DNA from: Candidatus Nomurabacteria bacterium GW2011_GWD2_36_14
GTDB lineage: Bacteria > Patescibacteriota > Minisyncoccia > Phycocordibacterales > UBA9973
Direction: 5' to 3'
DNA: 64,000 nucleotides
Assembly (NCBI GenBank): GCA_000991405.1
Contig: LBRL01000002.1
Coordinates: 7,583-71,582 of the forward strand
Shown here: piece by piece, positions 39,561 through 49,276 of the stretch
Layout of the letters: the number at the start of each line of letters is the position of its first letter
Position numbering within the stretch: position 1 is the first letter of the stretch
The notes under the pieces: generated by a model
Seen by the model: only the letters and a program-made list of their open reading frames with translations
What the model was told of the DNA's origin: nothing
Database searches by the model: none
Translations under genes and position numbers: made by a program

Positions 39561-39814
39561 TTATAAATATCATGATCTCCAATTGCAAGCAAAATGACAC
39601 TATCACTTTCTTCAAATATGAAAACAATTCTGAATTTATAATTTACTGAAAAACTAAAATTTTCTTTAAGTCTTCCGTGTAGTTTGTGAACCTTCAATGA
39701 AGTGTGATTTTCTTTATTTTTAAATAATTCTATTTTTTCTAAAACTTCTTCCTGTAAACTTTCATCAAGCTTATTGTATTGTCTTACAAAAGTAGCCTTG
39801 TAGGATATTTTCAT
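39557..39814 (-). CDS. RelE/ParE-family type II toxin
   Basis: 85 aa. The pattern ...YKFRIVFIFEESDSVILLAIGDHDIY is typical of the RelE/ParE fold. It lies 6 nt downstream of the antitoxin gene. Confidence 0.6.
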   Translation of the reverse strand: MKISYKATFVRQYNKLDESLQEEVLEKIELFKNKENHTSLKVHKLHGRLKENFSFSVNYKFRIVFIFEESDSVILLAIGDHDIYK

Positions 39815-39820
39815 AAAGTA

Positions 39821-40030
39821 CTATTTGAATTTCTTTGCTAATTCTCTTAAATCTCCACGTAAGGTTGGTTCCTCCATAGCTCTTAAGACAGTTTGAACTG
39901 CTTCATCTTCTATCATTTTAGATATAGCACGACGAACTAGCTCAGCTTTATTGGAACCTTTTCCGTTTAGTATTAGATTGTTTAACCCTTCCTCTAGGTT
40001 TGCAGGAATAGGCACAGATATTGTAGTCAT
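39821..40030 (-). CDS. ribbon-helix-helix (CopG/ParD-like) antitoxin
   Basis: MTTISVPIPANLEEGLNNLILNGKGSNKAELVRRAISKMIEDEA is an RHH beta-strand plus two helices. The start was chosen at the internal M. Confidence 0.55.
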   Translation of the reverse strand: MTTISVPIPANLEEGLNNLILNGKGSNKAELVRRAISKMIEDEAVQTVLRAMEEPTLRGDLRELAKKFK

Positions 40031-40172
40031 AAATTTAAATTGTATTATATAATAATATGATAATATCATACTATATTATAATATTTAATGCAACCCTCTC
40101 CAGTCATAAGCCACGCTTATGACTGGAGAGGGTTTTGAATAAATACTAGAAGTACTAGTTTTAAGTAAATTT

Positions 40173-41480
40173 ATGCTAGAATATTCACATATGAACAGAG
40201 CTTCGCTTATCGTATTTGGAGACTTTATATCATTCCTTATATCTTTTATATTGCTTATACTTATACGCTTTCATAAGGGAGACTATGCTTGGGCTATTAG
40301 CACTCACACCCTTCCTTTCATCATCCTCTACTTAGTCTGGGTACTTATCTTCTATGTCTTCGGACTCTATGACCTGATCAATATCAAACCAACTATTCCC
40401 TATTTGAAGAAGTGGATACTGGCTTTGTGCTCTTCTTTCGTTGTCGGACTGCTCCTCTTCTACTTTGTGCAAATATTTGGAATCTCTCCGAAGGTAAACT
40501 TATTCATCCAGGTCGCTTTGTTTGGATTCTTCTCATTCTTGTTCCGTAGAGTTATCTATACTCTCTTCTCCAAGGCTATCACCGTCCCTGCTGTCCTTGT
40601 CGGGAGTTCTCCTTATCTCGTAGAACTCGAGAAGACTATCATGAGTAATCCTCAGATAGGACTAGCTGTCATAGACCAGTACAACAGTACTAATGAGATC
40701 ACAGAAGAAGTGAGCAATATGAAGAATCTAGTAATTATCCTAGATAAGAATAAAGATGAATCTGATGAAAACATTCTCCGTCTATACAAGAAGGGTGTGG
40801 AGATTATTGATACCGCTAAAGCTTATGAGAAGTACTTATTCAAGATTCCTGTCGCCTACATCGACATATCTTTCATTGTCGAACATATAAATATAAAGAA
40901 GGATGTATTTTATAAAGTCATTACTTTTATAACAGAAAAAGTATTTGCTCTAATGATACTTGTTCTCTCTTCGCCACTCCTCGTAATAAGTGCAATACTT
41001 ATATATGCTTATGATAAAGGACCAATATTGTATACACATGAAAGAGTGGGCCTAAATGGAAAATTATTCAAAATTTACAAACTCAGATCAATGATAACAA
41101 ACTCAGAACAAAACGGAGCAAGATGGACTGAGAAGAACGACCCGAGGATTACTCCTATTGGAAAAATTACACGAAAATTACATATAGATGAAATACCACA
41201 AATGATAAGTATTCTAAAGGGAGACATGTCTCTGGTGGGTCCTAGGCCAGAGAGACCAGAGTTCGTGACTCCACTAGAGAATACTATCCCCCACTACAAT
41301 CTTCGCCATATTATCCGCCCCGGATTCACAGGCTGGGCTCAAATAAAGTACCACTATACAAATACAGTTGAAGAAGCAAAAGATAAATTTGAATACGATC
41401 TATACTATATAAAGAATAGGAATATCTTCCTTGATTTCGGAATTATGCTCCGAACAATACAAATAATATTTACACATTAA
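40173..41480 (+). CDS. polyprenyl-phosphate sugar-1-phosphate transferase (bacterial sugar transferase, WbaP/PglC-like initiating enzyme)
   Basis: N-terminal TM helices and a C-terminal catalytic domain with YTHERVGLNGKLFKIYKLRSM and DEIPQMISILKGDMSLVGPRPERPEF. Confidence 0.8.
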   Translation: MLEYSHMNRASLIVFGDFISFLISFILLILIRFHKGDYAWAISTHTLPFIILYLVWVLIFYVFGLYDLINIKPTIPYLKKWILALCSSFVVGLLLFYFVQIFGISPKVNLFIQVALFGFFSFLFRRVIYTLFSKAITVPAVLVGSSPYLVELEKTIMSNPQIGLAVIDQYNSTNEITEEVSNMKNLVIILDKNKDESDENILRLYKKGVEIIDTAKAYEKYLFKIPVAYIDISFIVEHINIKKDVFYKVITFITEKVFALMILVLSSPLLVISAILIYAYDKGPILYTHERVGLNGKLFKIYKLRSMITNSEQNGARWTEKNDPRITPIGKITRKLHIDEIPQMISILKGDMSLVGPRPERPEFVTPLENTIPHYNLRHIIRPGFTGWAQIKYHYTNTVEEAKDKFEYDLYYIKNRNIFLDFGIMLRTIQIIFTH

Positions 41481-41481
41481 A

Positions 41482-42351
41482 ATGAAAAAAGAAACTAAAA
41501 AAATTATAGGGTTCACTTGCGGAGCATTTGATATAACTCATGCGGGACATTACCTTATGTTTGAAGAATGTAAGAAGAAGTGCAACTTTCTCGTAGTTGG
41601 ACTCCAGACTGATCCATCTATAGATAGAGAATACAAAAACAAACCTGTACAATCATTAAAGGAACGTCTTATACAGCTTAAGGCTTGTAAATATATAGAC
41701 AAGGTTATCATTTATAAAACCGAAAAAGATTTATATAATCTATTAAAAAAGTTAAACCCAGATATTCGTTTTATGGGAATAGACTGGAAAAATAAACCAA
41801 ATTACTCTAGAGACTTACTTCCTAATATGAAAGTCATTTATAACAAACGTGATCACAACTACTCATCAAGTAATTTAAGAGAAAGAATAATTGATAACGG
41901 TCATGTAAAACGTATAGAGAAGAAGGTGTTTGTTTCTGGATGCTACGATATACTACACGGAGGACATATAGAATTCTTCAATCAAGCCAAGAGCTTGGGA
42001 GACTATTTGATTGTTTCTTTCGCTTCAGAAAAAACACTAGAGAAATACAAGAATAAGAAGTCTTCCATACCTGAAACACATAAAAGAAAAATTTTAGAAT
42101 CCTTAAATATGGTGGATGAAGTAGTAATGGGAGATAACCTAGACGAAGTAGGTCTAGATTTTAAAAATCACTTCTTAAGAATCAAACCTGATATATTGGC
42201 CGTCACAGAAGATGATAAATTTGGAGAACAAAAGATTGCCCTTTGTAAAAGCATCGGTGCAAAATATATTGTATTACCTAAAAATTTAGATTTTGATAAA
42301 ACTTCTACAACGGAGATAATAAAGAAAATTAAAAATGGAAATATGATTTAG
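41482..42351 (+). CDS. tandem HIGH-motif nucleotidyltransferase (two cytidylyltransferase-like domains, TagD/RfaE-like)
   Basis: Domain 1 reads GFTCGAFDITHAGH and domain 2 reads VFVSGCYDILHGGH. Confidence 0.65.
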   Translation: MKKETKKIIGFTCGAFDITHAGHYLMFEECKKKCNFLVVGLQTDPSIDREYKNKPVQSLKERLIQLKACKYIDKVIIYKTEKDLYNLLKKLNPDIRFMGIDWKNKPNYSRDLLPNMKVIYNKRDHNYSSSNLRERIIDNGHVKRIEKKVFVSGCYDILHGGHIEFFNQAKSLGDYLIVSFASEKTLEKYKNKKSSIPETHKRKILESLNMVDEVVMGDNLDEVGLDFKNHFLRIKPDILAVTEDDKFGEQKIALCKSIGAKYIVLPKNLDFDKTSTTEIIKKIKNGNMI

Positions 42352-42390
42352 AATCAAACCTTATACTAAAAAAATTATTAATAAATTTAT

Positions 42391-42417
42391 TACCCCACAG
42401 GCCTTGCCTGTGGGGTA
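42391..42417. repeat. REP palindrome TACCCCACAGGCCTTGCCTGTGGGGTA (left flank of RAYT)
   Basis: Perfect 12-bp stem with a 3-nt loop. Identical to the copy at 18547. Confidence 0.75.
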
Positions 42418-42423
42418 ATATTA

Positions 42424-43074
42424 TTATTCTTTGAAAGATAACCATTCAAAAATTTCTTTATTAAATATAGCTTTAGTTGGGAAATAAGAAGGAAATGCTT
42501 CTCTATTAAGAAGATGTTTTTCATTTCTGTTCTCACCCATATAATCTAAATAACTTGAGTATTTATATTTACCGAGAAAGTCTATGGCTGATTTTTTATC
42601 CCCTATCCCTTTTTCTTTCCAATCTTTCTTTATAATTTTTATCGGGTTTAAGTGAACATATGAGAACAAATATTTTAAATATCTATCGTTATTTGCATAT
42701 TCAGACTTGAATTTACCTTGAAATAAAGAACCTGTCTTTTGATATTTTGTATTGTAATACATGGAATATGCAGTCGATAACTTTTGCATAAATTTACTAA
42801 CACCACCCTCTTCTATTTCAGTCAGCACCAAATGAAAATGATTCGGCATTAAACAATATGCACCTATATAAACAAGTAAATTTTCACGATCAAAGTCAAA
42901 TATATTTTTCGAAATATCGCGAATTTTAATATTACGTTTTGAGTTTGATAAATACAATAATTTAATAAAATGATTGTGATCACCATTGTCGTGGAAAATG
43001 ATTCTTTTATCATTCCCTCTATTGTATATATGATAATACTCACCTGGAGCAAATTTTACTTTTCTTATGGACAT
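42424..43074 (-). CDS. REP-associated tyrosine transposase (RAYT), IS200/Y1 HUH family
   Basis: YHIYNRGN near the N-terminus, the HUH motif CLMPNHFHLVL, and a catalytic Tyr region (YLFSYVHLNP). Confidence 0.75.
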   Translation of the reverse strand: MSIRKVKFAPGEYYHIYNRGNDKRIIFHDNGDHNHFIKLLYLSNSKRNIKIRDISKNIFDFDRENLLVYIGAYCLMPNHFHLVLTEIEEGGVSKFMQKLSTAYSMYYNTKYQKTGSLFQGKFKSEYANNDRYLKYLFSYVHLNPIKIIKKDWKEKGIGDKKSAIDFLGKYKYSSYLDYMGENRNEKHLLNREAFPSYFPTKAIFNKEIFEWLSFKE

Positions 43075-43097
43075 ACAAGTATATTATATTACTTCAC

Positions 43098-43124
43098 TAC
43101 CCCACAGGCAAGGCCTGTGGGGTA
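43098..43124. repeat. REP palindrome TACCCCACAGGCAAGGCCTGTGGGGTA (right flank of RAYT, inverted orientation)
   Basis: Same stem as the left copy, with the loop as its reverse complement. Confidence 0.75.
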
Positions 43125-43167
43125 TATTTGGATTGAGGAAATCACTAAAAAGTGCTAATATAAATGA

Positions 43168-43995
43168 ATGAGCAATTCTCATACAACCGTTATAAAACCA
43201 AAGAAAATCTTCAGCTTTTCTAGTCTAAGTGAAGTCTGGGAGTATAGAGAATTACTTTATTTCTTTACATGGCGAGACTTAAAAGTCCGCTATAAGCAGA
43301 CGGCGATAGGTGCTCTCTGGGCAATATTCCAACCATTTATTACTATGGTTGTTTTCTCTGTGTTCTTTGGAGGATTGCTAAAAATACCTTCGGATGGAGT
43401 ACCTTACCCTATATTTGTTTATACAGGACTCCTCTTCTGGCAATTCTTCTCAAGTGCACTTTCTGATACAAGCAACGTACTCATCACCAACCAAGCAATC
43501 ATTACCAAAGTCTACTTCCCTCGTCTTATACTTCCACTCTCTTCAGTCATGACAAAGTTCATAGACTTTGGAATTGCAGCGGTCATACTTGTCGGTATGA
43601 TGTTCTACTATAACTACACACCACACCTCGTAGGACTCCTCATCATTCCCCTACTTCTAATTATTACTTTTATGGTTTCTACAGGACTTGGACTTTTCCT
43701 TGCGTCTATCAATGTAAAGTATAGAGACGTGCGATATGCTCTACCATTCTTCATTCAGATACTTATGTTCGTTACTCCTGTTATCTACCCTGCTTCTATC
43801 GCGGGTAAATACTCTTGGATTCTTGCCTTAAACCCTATGATGGGAGTCATCCAGAGTGCAAGAGCGGCATTACTCGGGACAACGGTTCTAAACTGGACAC
43901 TAGTTTCTATCTCACTACTTGCAACATTTATTCTAATGTTAATAGGTATTTATACATTTAAAAAGACTGAGCGTTACTTCGCCGACATAATTTAA
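43168..43995 (+). CDS. wzm: ABC-2 polysaccharide exporter permease (Wzm/TagG/KpsM-like)
   Basis: Six TM helices and the ABC-2 signature region. It lies directly upstream of the ATPase. Confidence 0.8.
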   Translation: MSNSHTTVIKPKKIFSFSSLSEVWEYRELLYFFTWRDLKVRYKQTAIGALWAIFQPFITMVVFSVFFGGLLKIPSDGVPYPIFVYTGLLFWQFFSSALSDTSNVLITNQAIITKVYFPRLILPLSSVMTKFIDFGIAAVILVGMMFYYNYTPHLVGLLIIPLLLIITFMVSTGLGLFLASINVKYRDVRYALPFFIQILMFVTPVIYPASIAGKYSWILALNPMMGVIQSARAALLGTTVLNWTLVSISLLATFILMLIGIYTFKKTERYFADII

Positions 43996-44004
43996 AATTA
44001 ATAC

Positions 44005-45264
44005 ATGAAAAACTCACCTATAATTACAGTAAAAAATATAAGTAAGAAATATAATATAAACCATCAACAAGGTGGCTATATAGCTCTTCGAGATGTAATT
44101 ACAAATATTTTTAAAAATCCATTTACATTTTTGAAAACAAAAACCAAAGAAGTTTTAGGTATAGAAACAAAAGAAGAATTCTGGGCACTTAAAGATATAA
44201 ACTTCGAAATTATGAAGGGTGAAGTCATAGGTATTGTCGGTAGAAATGGTGCCGGCAAATCAACATTACTTAAAATCCTCTCCCAGATCACTCCCCCAAC
44301 CACCGGAGAGATCCGTATAAACGGCACAGTAGGAAGTTTACTTGAAGTAGGTACAGGCTTCCACCCAGAACTAACAGGCAGAGAGAATATTTTCCTCAAT
44401 GGAGCTATTCTTGGAATGAAAAAGAAAGATATTGTCAGAAAATTTGATGAGATAGTAAAATTCGCTGATATAGAAAAGTTCCTAGATACTCCAGTCAAAT
44501 ACTACTCAAGTGGTATGTACGTACGTCTCGCCTTCTCCGTAGCAGCCCACATGGAGACAGACATCCTCATCATAGACGAAGTCCTAGCTGTTGGTGATGC
44601 AGAATTTCAAAAAAAGTGCTTAGGAAAAATGAATGAAATAACAAAAGAAGAAGGGAGGACAATTCTTTTTGTAAGTCATAATATGGGATCTGTAAAACAA
44701 CTTTGTAATAAAACAATTCTATTATCAAATGGTAAAATTATTGATTTTGGAGAAACTGAAAATATTACAGAAAAATATCTCTCTCTGTCAAAAGAAACTA
44801 CTTCAGAAAAATGGGAAAATAAAGGAAATGAATTTAATAATGAATATTTTAAACCCGAAAAGTTTTATATATCAAAAGAAAAAGATGATAGCTTATGGGT
44901 AAACATAGAAACGACTATCAATAAGCTAGATGAGTCCCTCACGGTAGGATATGCTTTATATTCAGAAGATAATACCTTGCTCTATTGGTCTTATCAGACA
45001 GATTCGAAAGAATCAGACTGGCCAGAATTAAATATTGGAAACAATAAAATAAAAAGTAAATTACCGACAGAAATATTTAATAGTGGAATTTATAAAATTG
45101 AATTAATTGCTAGTTTATATTTTAAAGAATGGATAATTTCACCAAATAATATTAATCCTACAATATTTTTTAATTTTTCAAAAAAATTTAATGAATCAAA
45201 GTATTGGGTACAAAAAAGACCTGGAATTATAACACCTAATAATCAATGGAAAATAATAAAATGA
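44005..45264 (+). CDS. wzt: ABC polysaccharide exporter ATP-binding protein with C-terminal glycan-binding domain (Wzt/TagH-like)
   Basis: Walker A GRNGAGKSTLLK, signature YSSGM, Walker B ILIIDEV, plus a C-terminal extension of about 170 aa. Confidence 0.85.
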   Translation: MKNSPIITVKNISKKYNINHQQGGYIALRDVITNIFKNPFTFLKTKTKEVLGIETKEEFWALKDINFEIMKGEVIGIVGRNGAGKSTLLKILSQITPPTTGEIRINGTVGSLLEVGTGFHPELTGRENIFLNGAILGMKKKDIVRKFDEIVKFADIEKFLDTPVKYYSSGMYVRLAFSVAAHMETDILIIDEVLAVGDAEFQKKCLGKMNEITKEEGRTILFVSHNMGSVKQLCNKTILLSNGKIIDFGETENITEKYLSLSKETTSEKWENKGNEFNNEYFKPEKFYISKEKDDSLWVNIETTINKLDESLTVGYALYSEDNTLLYWSYQTDSKESDWPELNIGNNKIKSKLPTEIFNSGIYKIELIASLYFKEWIISPNNINPTIFFNFSKKFNESKYWVQKRPGIITPNNQWKIIK

Positions 45265-46013
45265 ATCTAAGAAAAATGACCCCATCATTTATAAAAAAAT
45301 CTCTTAAATATATTTATTATTATATATTTTATATTAATGATTTTATAAAATTCAAAAGAGAATCAAGAAAAGAATCACGCTTCAGTATTGAATGGAAAGA
45401 TAGATACGTTCAACTTTTTGATAAAACAAAAGGTACTCCTTTTGATGCACATTATATTTATCACCCTGCATGGGCAGCTAGAATATTGACTAAAATAAAA
45501 CCTTCAAAACATATTGATATTTCATCTATCTTAAGTTTTTCAACAATTGTGTCAGCATTTATACCTGTAGAATTTTATGATTACAGGCCAGCTAATATTA
45601 AATTAAGTAATTTAACTTCAGGGAAAGCAGACCTTACTTCCCTTCCTTTTACAGACAACAGTATTGAGTCTCTTTCCTGTATGCATACAGTAGAACATAT
45701 AGGACTTGGAAGATATGGTGACCCTATTGATCCTGATGGTGATATTAAGGCAATGAAAGAATTATCACGAATTTTAGCAATAAATGGAAATTTCTTTTTT
45801 GTCACTCCAATTGGAAAACCAAAAATACAATTTAATGCTCATCGTATTTATTCATATAATCAAATCATTAGTTATTTCCAAGATCTAACATTGAAAGAAT
45901 TTTCAATGGTTCCAGATAACGGACTAGAAGAAGGTATAATAAAAAATGCTTCAAAAGAACTGGCAGATAGCCAAAAGTATGCTTGTGGCTTATTTTGGTT
46001 TACTAAAAATTAA
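45246..46013 (+). CDS. putative SAM-dependent methyltransferase (DUF268-like)
   Basis: Rossmann-like core with LSCMHTVEHIGLGRYGD. Overlaps wzt by 19 nt. Confidence 0.5.
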   Translation: MENNKMNLRKMTPSFIKKSLKYIYYYIFYINDFIKFKRESRKESRFSIEWKDRYVQLFDKTKGTPFDAHYIYHPAWAARILTKIKPSKHIDISSILSFSTIVSAFIPVEFYDYRPANIKLSNLTSGKADLTSLPFTDNSIESLSCMHTVEHIGLGRYGDPIDPDGDIKAMKELSRILAINGNFFFVTPIGKPKIQFNAHRIYSYNQIISYFQDLTLKEFSMVPDNGLEEGIIKNASKELADSQKYACGLFWFTKN

Positions 46014-46030
46014 TAAATAACATCAAAAAA

Positions 46031-46825
46031 ATGAAACAAATAATTTCAAATTTACTGACAAAAATAAAAGGCATTAAAAAATCTCAAAAATTTTTCGAGC
46101 GGCTTTTTAATCATTCACTTTCTGGAATGAATTATGGAAATGGTGGAGATTTTAAAAAAAGTGGTGAACTCAAAGTACTAGAATATGTAAAAGAAAAACT
46201 GATAGAAGAAGAAAAAATTATTATTTTTGATGGTGGAAGTAATATCGGAAATTATTCTAATATTTTATCTGACCTTTTTAAAAATAAAGCAAAAATTTAC
46301 TCTTTTGAACCTTCTAAAAAAACTTTTGAGAAATTTTTGGTAAATACAAAAGGAAAATCTAATATTATTGCTAATAATTTAGGATTAAGCGATAAAAAAA
46401 GTGAAAGATTATTATATACTAATACTAAAGATTCTGGTTTAGCATCGGTATATAATAGAAATTTAGAACATTTTAACATTTCCATGAATAAAAGTGAGAC
46501 AATACAATTATCTACAATTGATGATTATTGTAATATAAATAAAATAGAAAGAATACATTTTTTAAAATTAGATATTGAAGGCCATGAGTTAAATGCTATA
46601 ACAGGAGCACAAAATATGATTACTGCTGAAAAAATAAATTTTATCCAATTTGAGTTTGGTGGTTGTAATATTGATTCAAGAACATACTTTCAAGATTTTT
46701 TTTATAAACTAAAAGATAATTTTATTATTTATCGTATATTGAAAGATGGATTATTTGAGATATCAGAATATAAAGAAAATTTAGAAATTTTTATAACTGC
46801 TAACTATTTAGCTGAAAAAAAATGA
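46031..46825 (+). CDS. FkbM-family methyltransferase
   Basis: IIFDGGSNIGNYS motif I, YSFEP and LKLDIEGHE, all typical of the FkbM family. Confidence 0.7.
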   Translation: MKQIISNLLTKIKGIKKSQKFFERLFNHSLSGMNYGNGGDFKKSGELKVLEYVKEKLIEEEKIIIFDGGSNIGNYSNILSDLFKNKAKIYSFEPSKKTFEKFLVNTKGKSNIIANNLGLSDKKSERLLYTNTKDSGLASVYNRNLEHFNISMNKSETIQLSTIDDYCNINKIERIHFLKLDIEGHELNAITGAQNMITAEKINFIQFEFGGCNIDSRTYFQDFFYKLKDNFIIYRILKDGLFEISEYKENLEIFITANYLAEKK

Positions 46826-47637
46826 ATAATACCATCTCAGTAATAATACCAACATGGAATAGTGAGAAAACACTGGGGGCAACAATACAAAGTTGCTTGA
46901 ATCAAACATTGCCCCCTATGGAAATACTAGTTTGTGATGACGGGTCCACAGATAATAGCAAGGAAATTATAGAGCAAATAAATGACTCAAAGGTTGTATG
47001 GGTTCCCTCTCTACGCTCTGGTACTCCAGCAATCCCAAGAAATAATGGAATGAAAGTAAGTAATGGTGAATGGATAGCCTTCTGTGATAGTGACGATGAA
47101 TGGTTACCAACAAAGCTTGAAAAGCAAATACATTTAGCTGAAAAACTAAAATGTAAGGTAATGTGTACTAATGCTTTAATCAAAAAAAATAATATTGTTA
47201 CAAATAAAACAGTTTCTAATTGGAGTAAAAATAAGATTTCATTTAAAAACCTTCTACACAGTAATGAGATTGTGTGTAGCTCAACGTTGCTTCATAAATC
47301 GATTTATAACAAAATAGGAGGGTTTCCAGAAGAATTAAAATATAAAGGATTTGAAGATTATCTGTATTGGCTAAGAGTAACTACACAAACAAACGTTCTT
47401 TTCATGATGGAGCCTTTAGTAATATATGATGACCACCCAGAAACAAGTATAAGATCTCATCAGATACCAGATTCTGAAATAAAAAAATTATCTTTTTATA
47501 ACTTTACAGAATGGATAAATATAAATGAAAAAAATATAATTAAAACTATATATTTTAATTATTGTATTTATATATATAAAATAAAACAAAATATCTTGTC
47601 TAAAATAAAATATTTAATTAAATTAACCATAAAATGA
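46822..47637 (+). CDS. glycosyltransferase family 2
   Basis: VIIPTWNSEKTL..., a DDGSTD motif and a DSDDE (DxD) motif. Confidence 0.75.
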   Translation: MNNTISVIIPTWNSEKTLGATIQSCLNQTLPPMEILVCDDGSTDNSKEIIEQINDSKVVWVPSLRSGTPAIPRNNGMKVSNGEWIAFCDSDDEWLPTKLEKQIHLAEKLKCKVMCTNALIKKNNIVTNKTVSNWSKNKISFKNLLHSNEIVCSSTLLHKSIYNKIGGFPEELKYKGFEDYLYWLRVTTQTNVLFMMEPLVIYDDHPETSIRSHQIPDSEIKKLSFYNFTEWININEKNIIKTIYFNYCIYIYKIKQNILSKIKYLIKLTIK

Positions 47638-48425
47638 AAATAGGAATACTATACATATGCACAGGTAAATACTCAATCTTTTGGAAAGACTTTTATTTAA
47701 GTATGGAAGAAAAATTTATTAGTGATGTTGAAAAGCATTATTTCGTATTTACGGATAACCCGACTATAGATTTTGAAAATGAAAATCGAAGAATACATAG
47801 GATATACCAAAGAGACTTGGGGTGGCCTGACAATACCTTGATGCGTTTCAATACTTTTCTTCAAATAGAAGAAGAATTACTCAATATGGATTATCTTTTT
47901 TTCTTTAATGCTAATCTAATTATAAAAGAAAAAATTACTAGTGAGGAATTCTTACCTACGGGTAATGAGAACCTAGTTGCTACATTGCACCCTGGATTTT
48001 ATAATAAAAATAGAAAAAAATTCACATATGAAAATAATAGAAAATCAACAGCATTCATAAATAAAAATGAGGGTGAGCATTATTTTGCAGGAGGACTCAA
48101 TGGTGGAAAAACTGCTGATTTTATAGAGGCAATGAAAACCATGCGTGATAACGTAGATATTGATAAAAAAAATAATATCATAGCTAAATGGCACGATGAA
48201 TCACACTGGAATAAATACCTTATTAATAGATCAAATATAAAGATTCTTCCACCATCATACCTCTATCCTGAAGGATGGAAACTCCCCTTCCCCCCAATTA
48301 TCCTCATACGAGATAAGAATAAATATGGCGGACATGCTCTTTTAAGAAATGAAAAGGTAAATAAATTTAAAGTTTATTATAGTAAAATTAAAAATAAATT
48401 ATATAAAATAATTAAATTTAACTAG
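47634..48425 (+). CDS. glycosyltransferase family 6 (bacterial metal-independent alpha-1,3-Gal/GalNAc transferase type)
   Basis: MKIGILYICTGKYSIFWKDFYLS...YFVFTDN N-terminus, an FNANL motif (NxN in place of DxD), and WHDESHWNKYLIN...KILPPSY matching the GT6 C-terminal signature. Confidence 0.7.
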   Translation: MKIGILYICTGKYSIFWKDFYLSMEEKFISDVEKHYFVFTDNPTIDFENENRRIHRIYQRDLGWPDNTLMRFNTFLQIEEELLNMDYLFFFNANLIIKEKITSEEFLPTGNENLVATLHPGFYNKNRKKFTYENNRKSTAFINKNEGEHYFAGGLNGGKTADFIEAMKTMRDNVDIDKKNNIIAKWHDESHWNKYLINRSNIKILPPSYLYPEGWKLPFPPIILIRDKNKYGGHALLRNEKVNKFKVYYSKIKNKLYKIIKFN

Positions 48426-48427
48426 AG

Positions 48428-49276
48428 CTACCAATTTTCTTTATAAAATTTAATTAGTCTATTGAGTGAAAACTTTATTGATGACTTCAAAATAAAACCA
48501 TATACTATTATTCTAACGTAAGCTCTAATTAATGCTCCGAAATAATTGGGGTATTTATTCTTATATTTTTTGGCTAAGTTTATATTTTTCTTGAATTGTT
48601 CTATCTTGTTTACCGAGCTTATACTTCCACCTCTTAAAGTAAACTTAACTGCATAGATAGGTAGATTGAGGAGCTTCCCTGCTGTCCCCAACTTTAGCCA
48701 TAAATCATAGTCTTCTATATGCTTGACTGCCGTATCTTCACCATATCCACCCAAGCTAAGAGCCAAATCCTTCCTAAACATGACACTAGAATGCACAAAA
48801 CAATTCTTTCCTAGTATCTTTTTCTTTATATCTTTATCTTTTTCTGGTAATAAATATCTAAATAATTCTAATCCACTCTCGTCTATAACTATTACTCCCG
48901 TGCCAACTAGTACATGATCTGGATTCTCATTTAAAAATTCAAATTGTTTCTGAAGTTTGTCTTTATCTATCCATTCATCGTCGTCATCTATACGAGCTAT
49001 ATACTCCCCCTTTGCTTCTCTCAGTCCTTTATTTAAAGTTTTCTGTATACCTAGATTCGCTTCATTTTTCAAATAAATAATTCTATTATCTTTGCTTGAA
49101 TACTCCACTATAATATCCTTAGTATTATCGACTGATCCATCATCAATAACTAGCAACTCCCAGCTAGAAAAACTCTGAGCTATTATGCTCTCGATAGCTC
49201 TTTTAATATATTTCTCACCATTATAAGTAGGAAGAATTATTGAAACAATTTTTTCCATATTTATATCCTTATCCAT
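48428..49276 (-). CDS. glycosyltransferase family 2
   Basis: VSIILPTYNGEKYI, DDGSVDNT and RIDDDDEW (DxD). Confidence 0.8.
   Translation of the reverse strand: MDKDINMEKIVSIILPTYNGEKYIKRAIESIIAQSFSSWELLVIDDGSVDNTKDIIVEYSSKDNRIIYLKNEANLGIQKTLNKGLREAKGEYIARIDDDDEWIDKDKLQKQFEFLNENPDHVLVGTGVIVIDESGLELFRYLLPEKDKDIKKKILGKNCFVHSSVMFRKDLALSLGGYGEDTAVKHIEDYDLWLKLGTAGKLLNLPIYAVKFTLRGGSISSVNKIEQFKKNINLAKKYKNKYPNYFGALIRAYVRIIVYGFILKSSIKFSLNRLIKFYKENW

Noticed and set aside
39328-39627. 99-aa minus-strand ORF
   Set aside because: Overlaps the bidirectional terminator and the 5' part of the RelE/ParE toxin gene in another frame. The translation is Leu/Phe-rich AT-codon noise.
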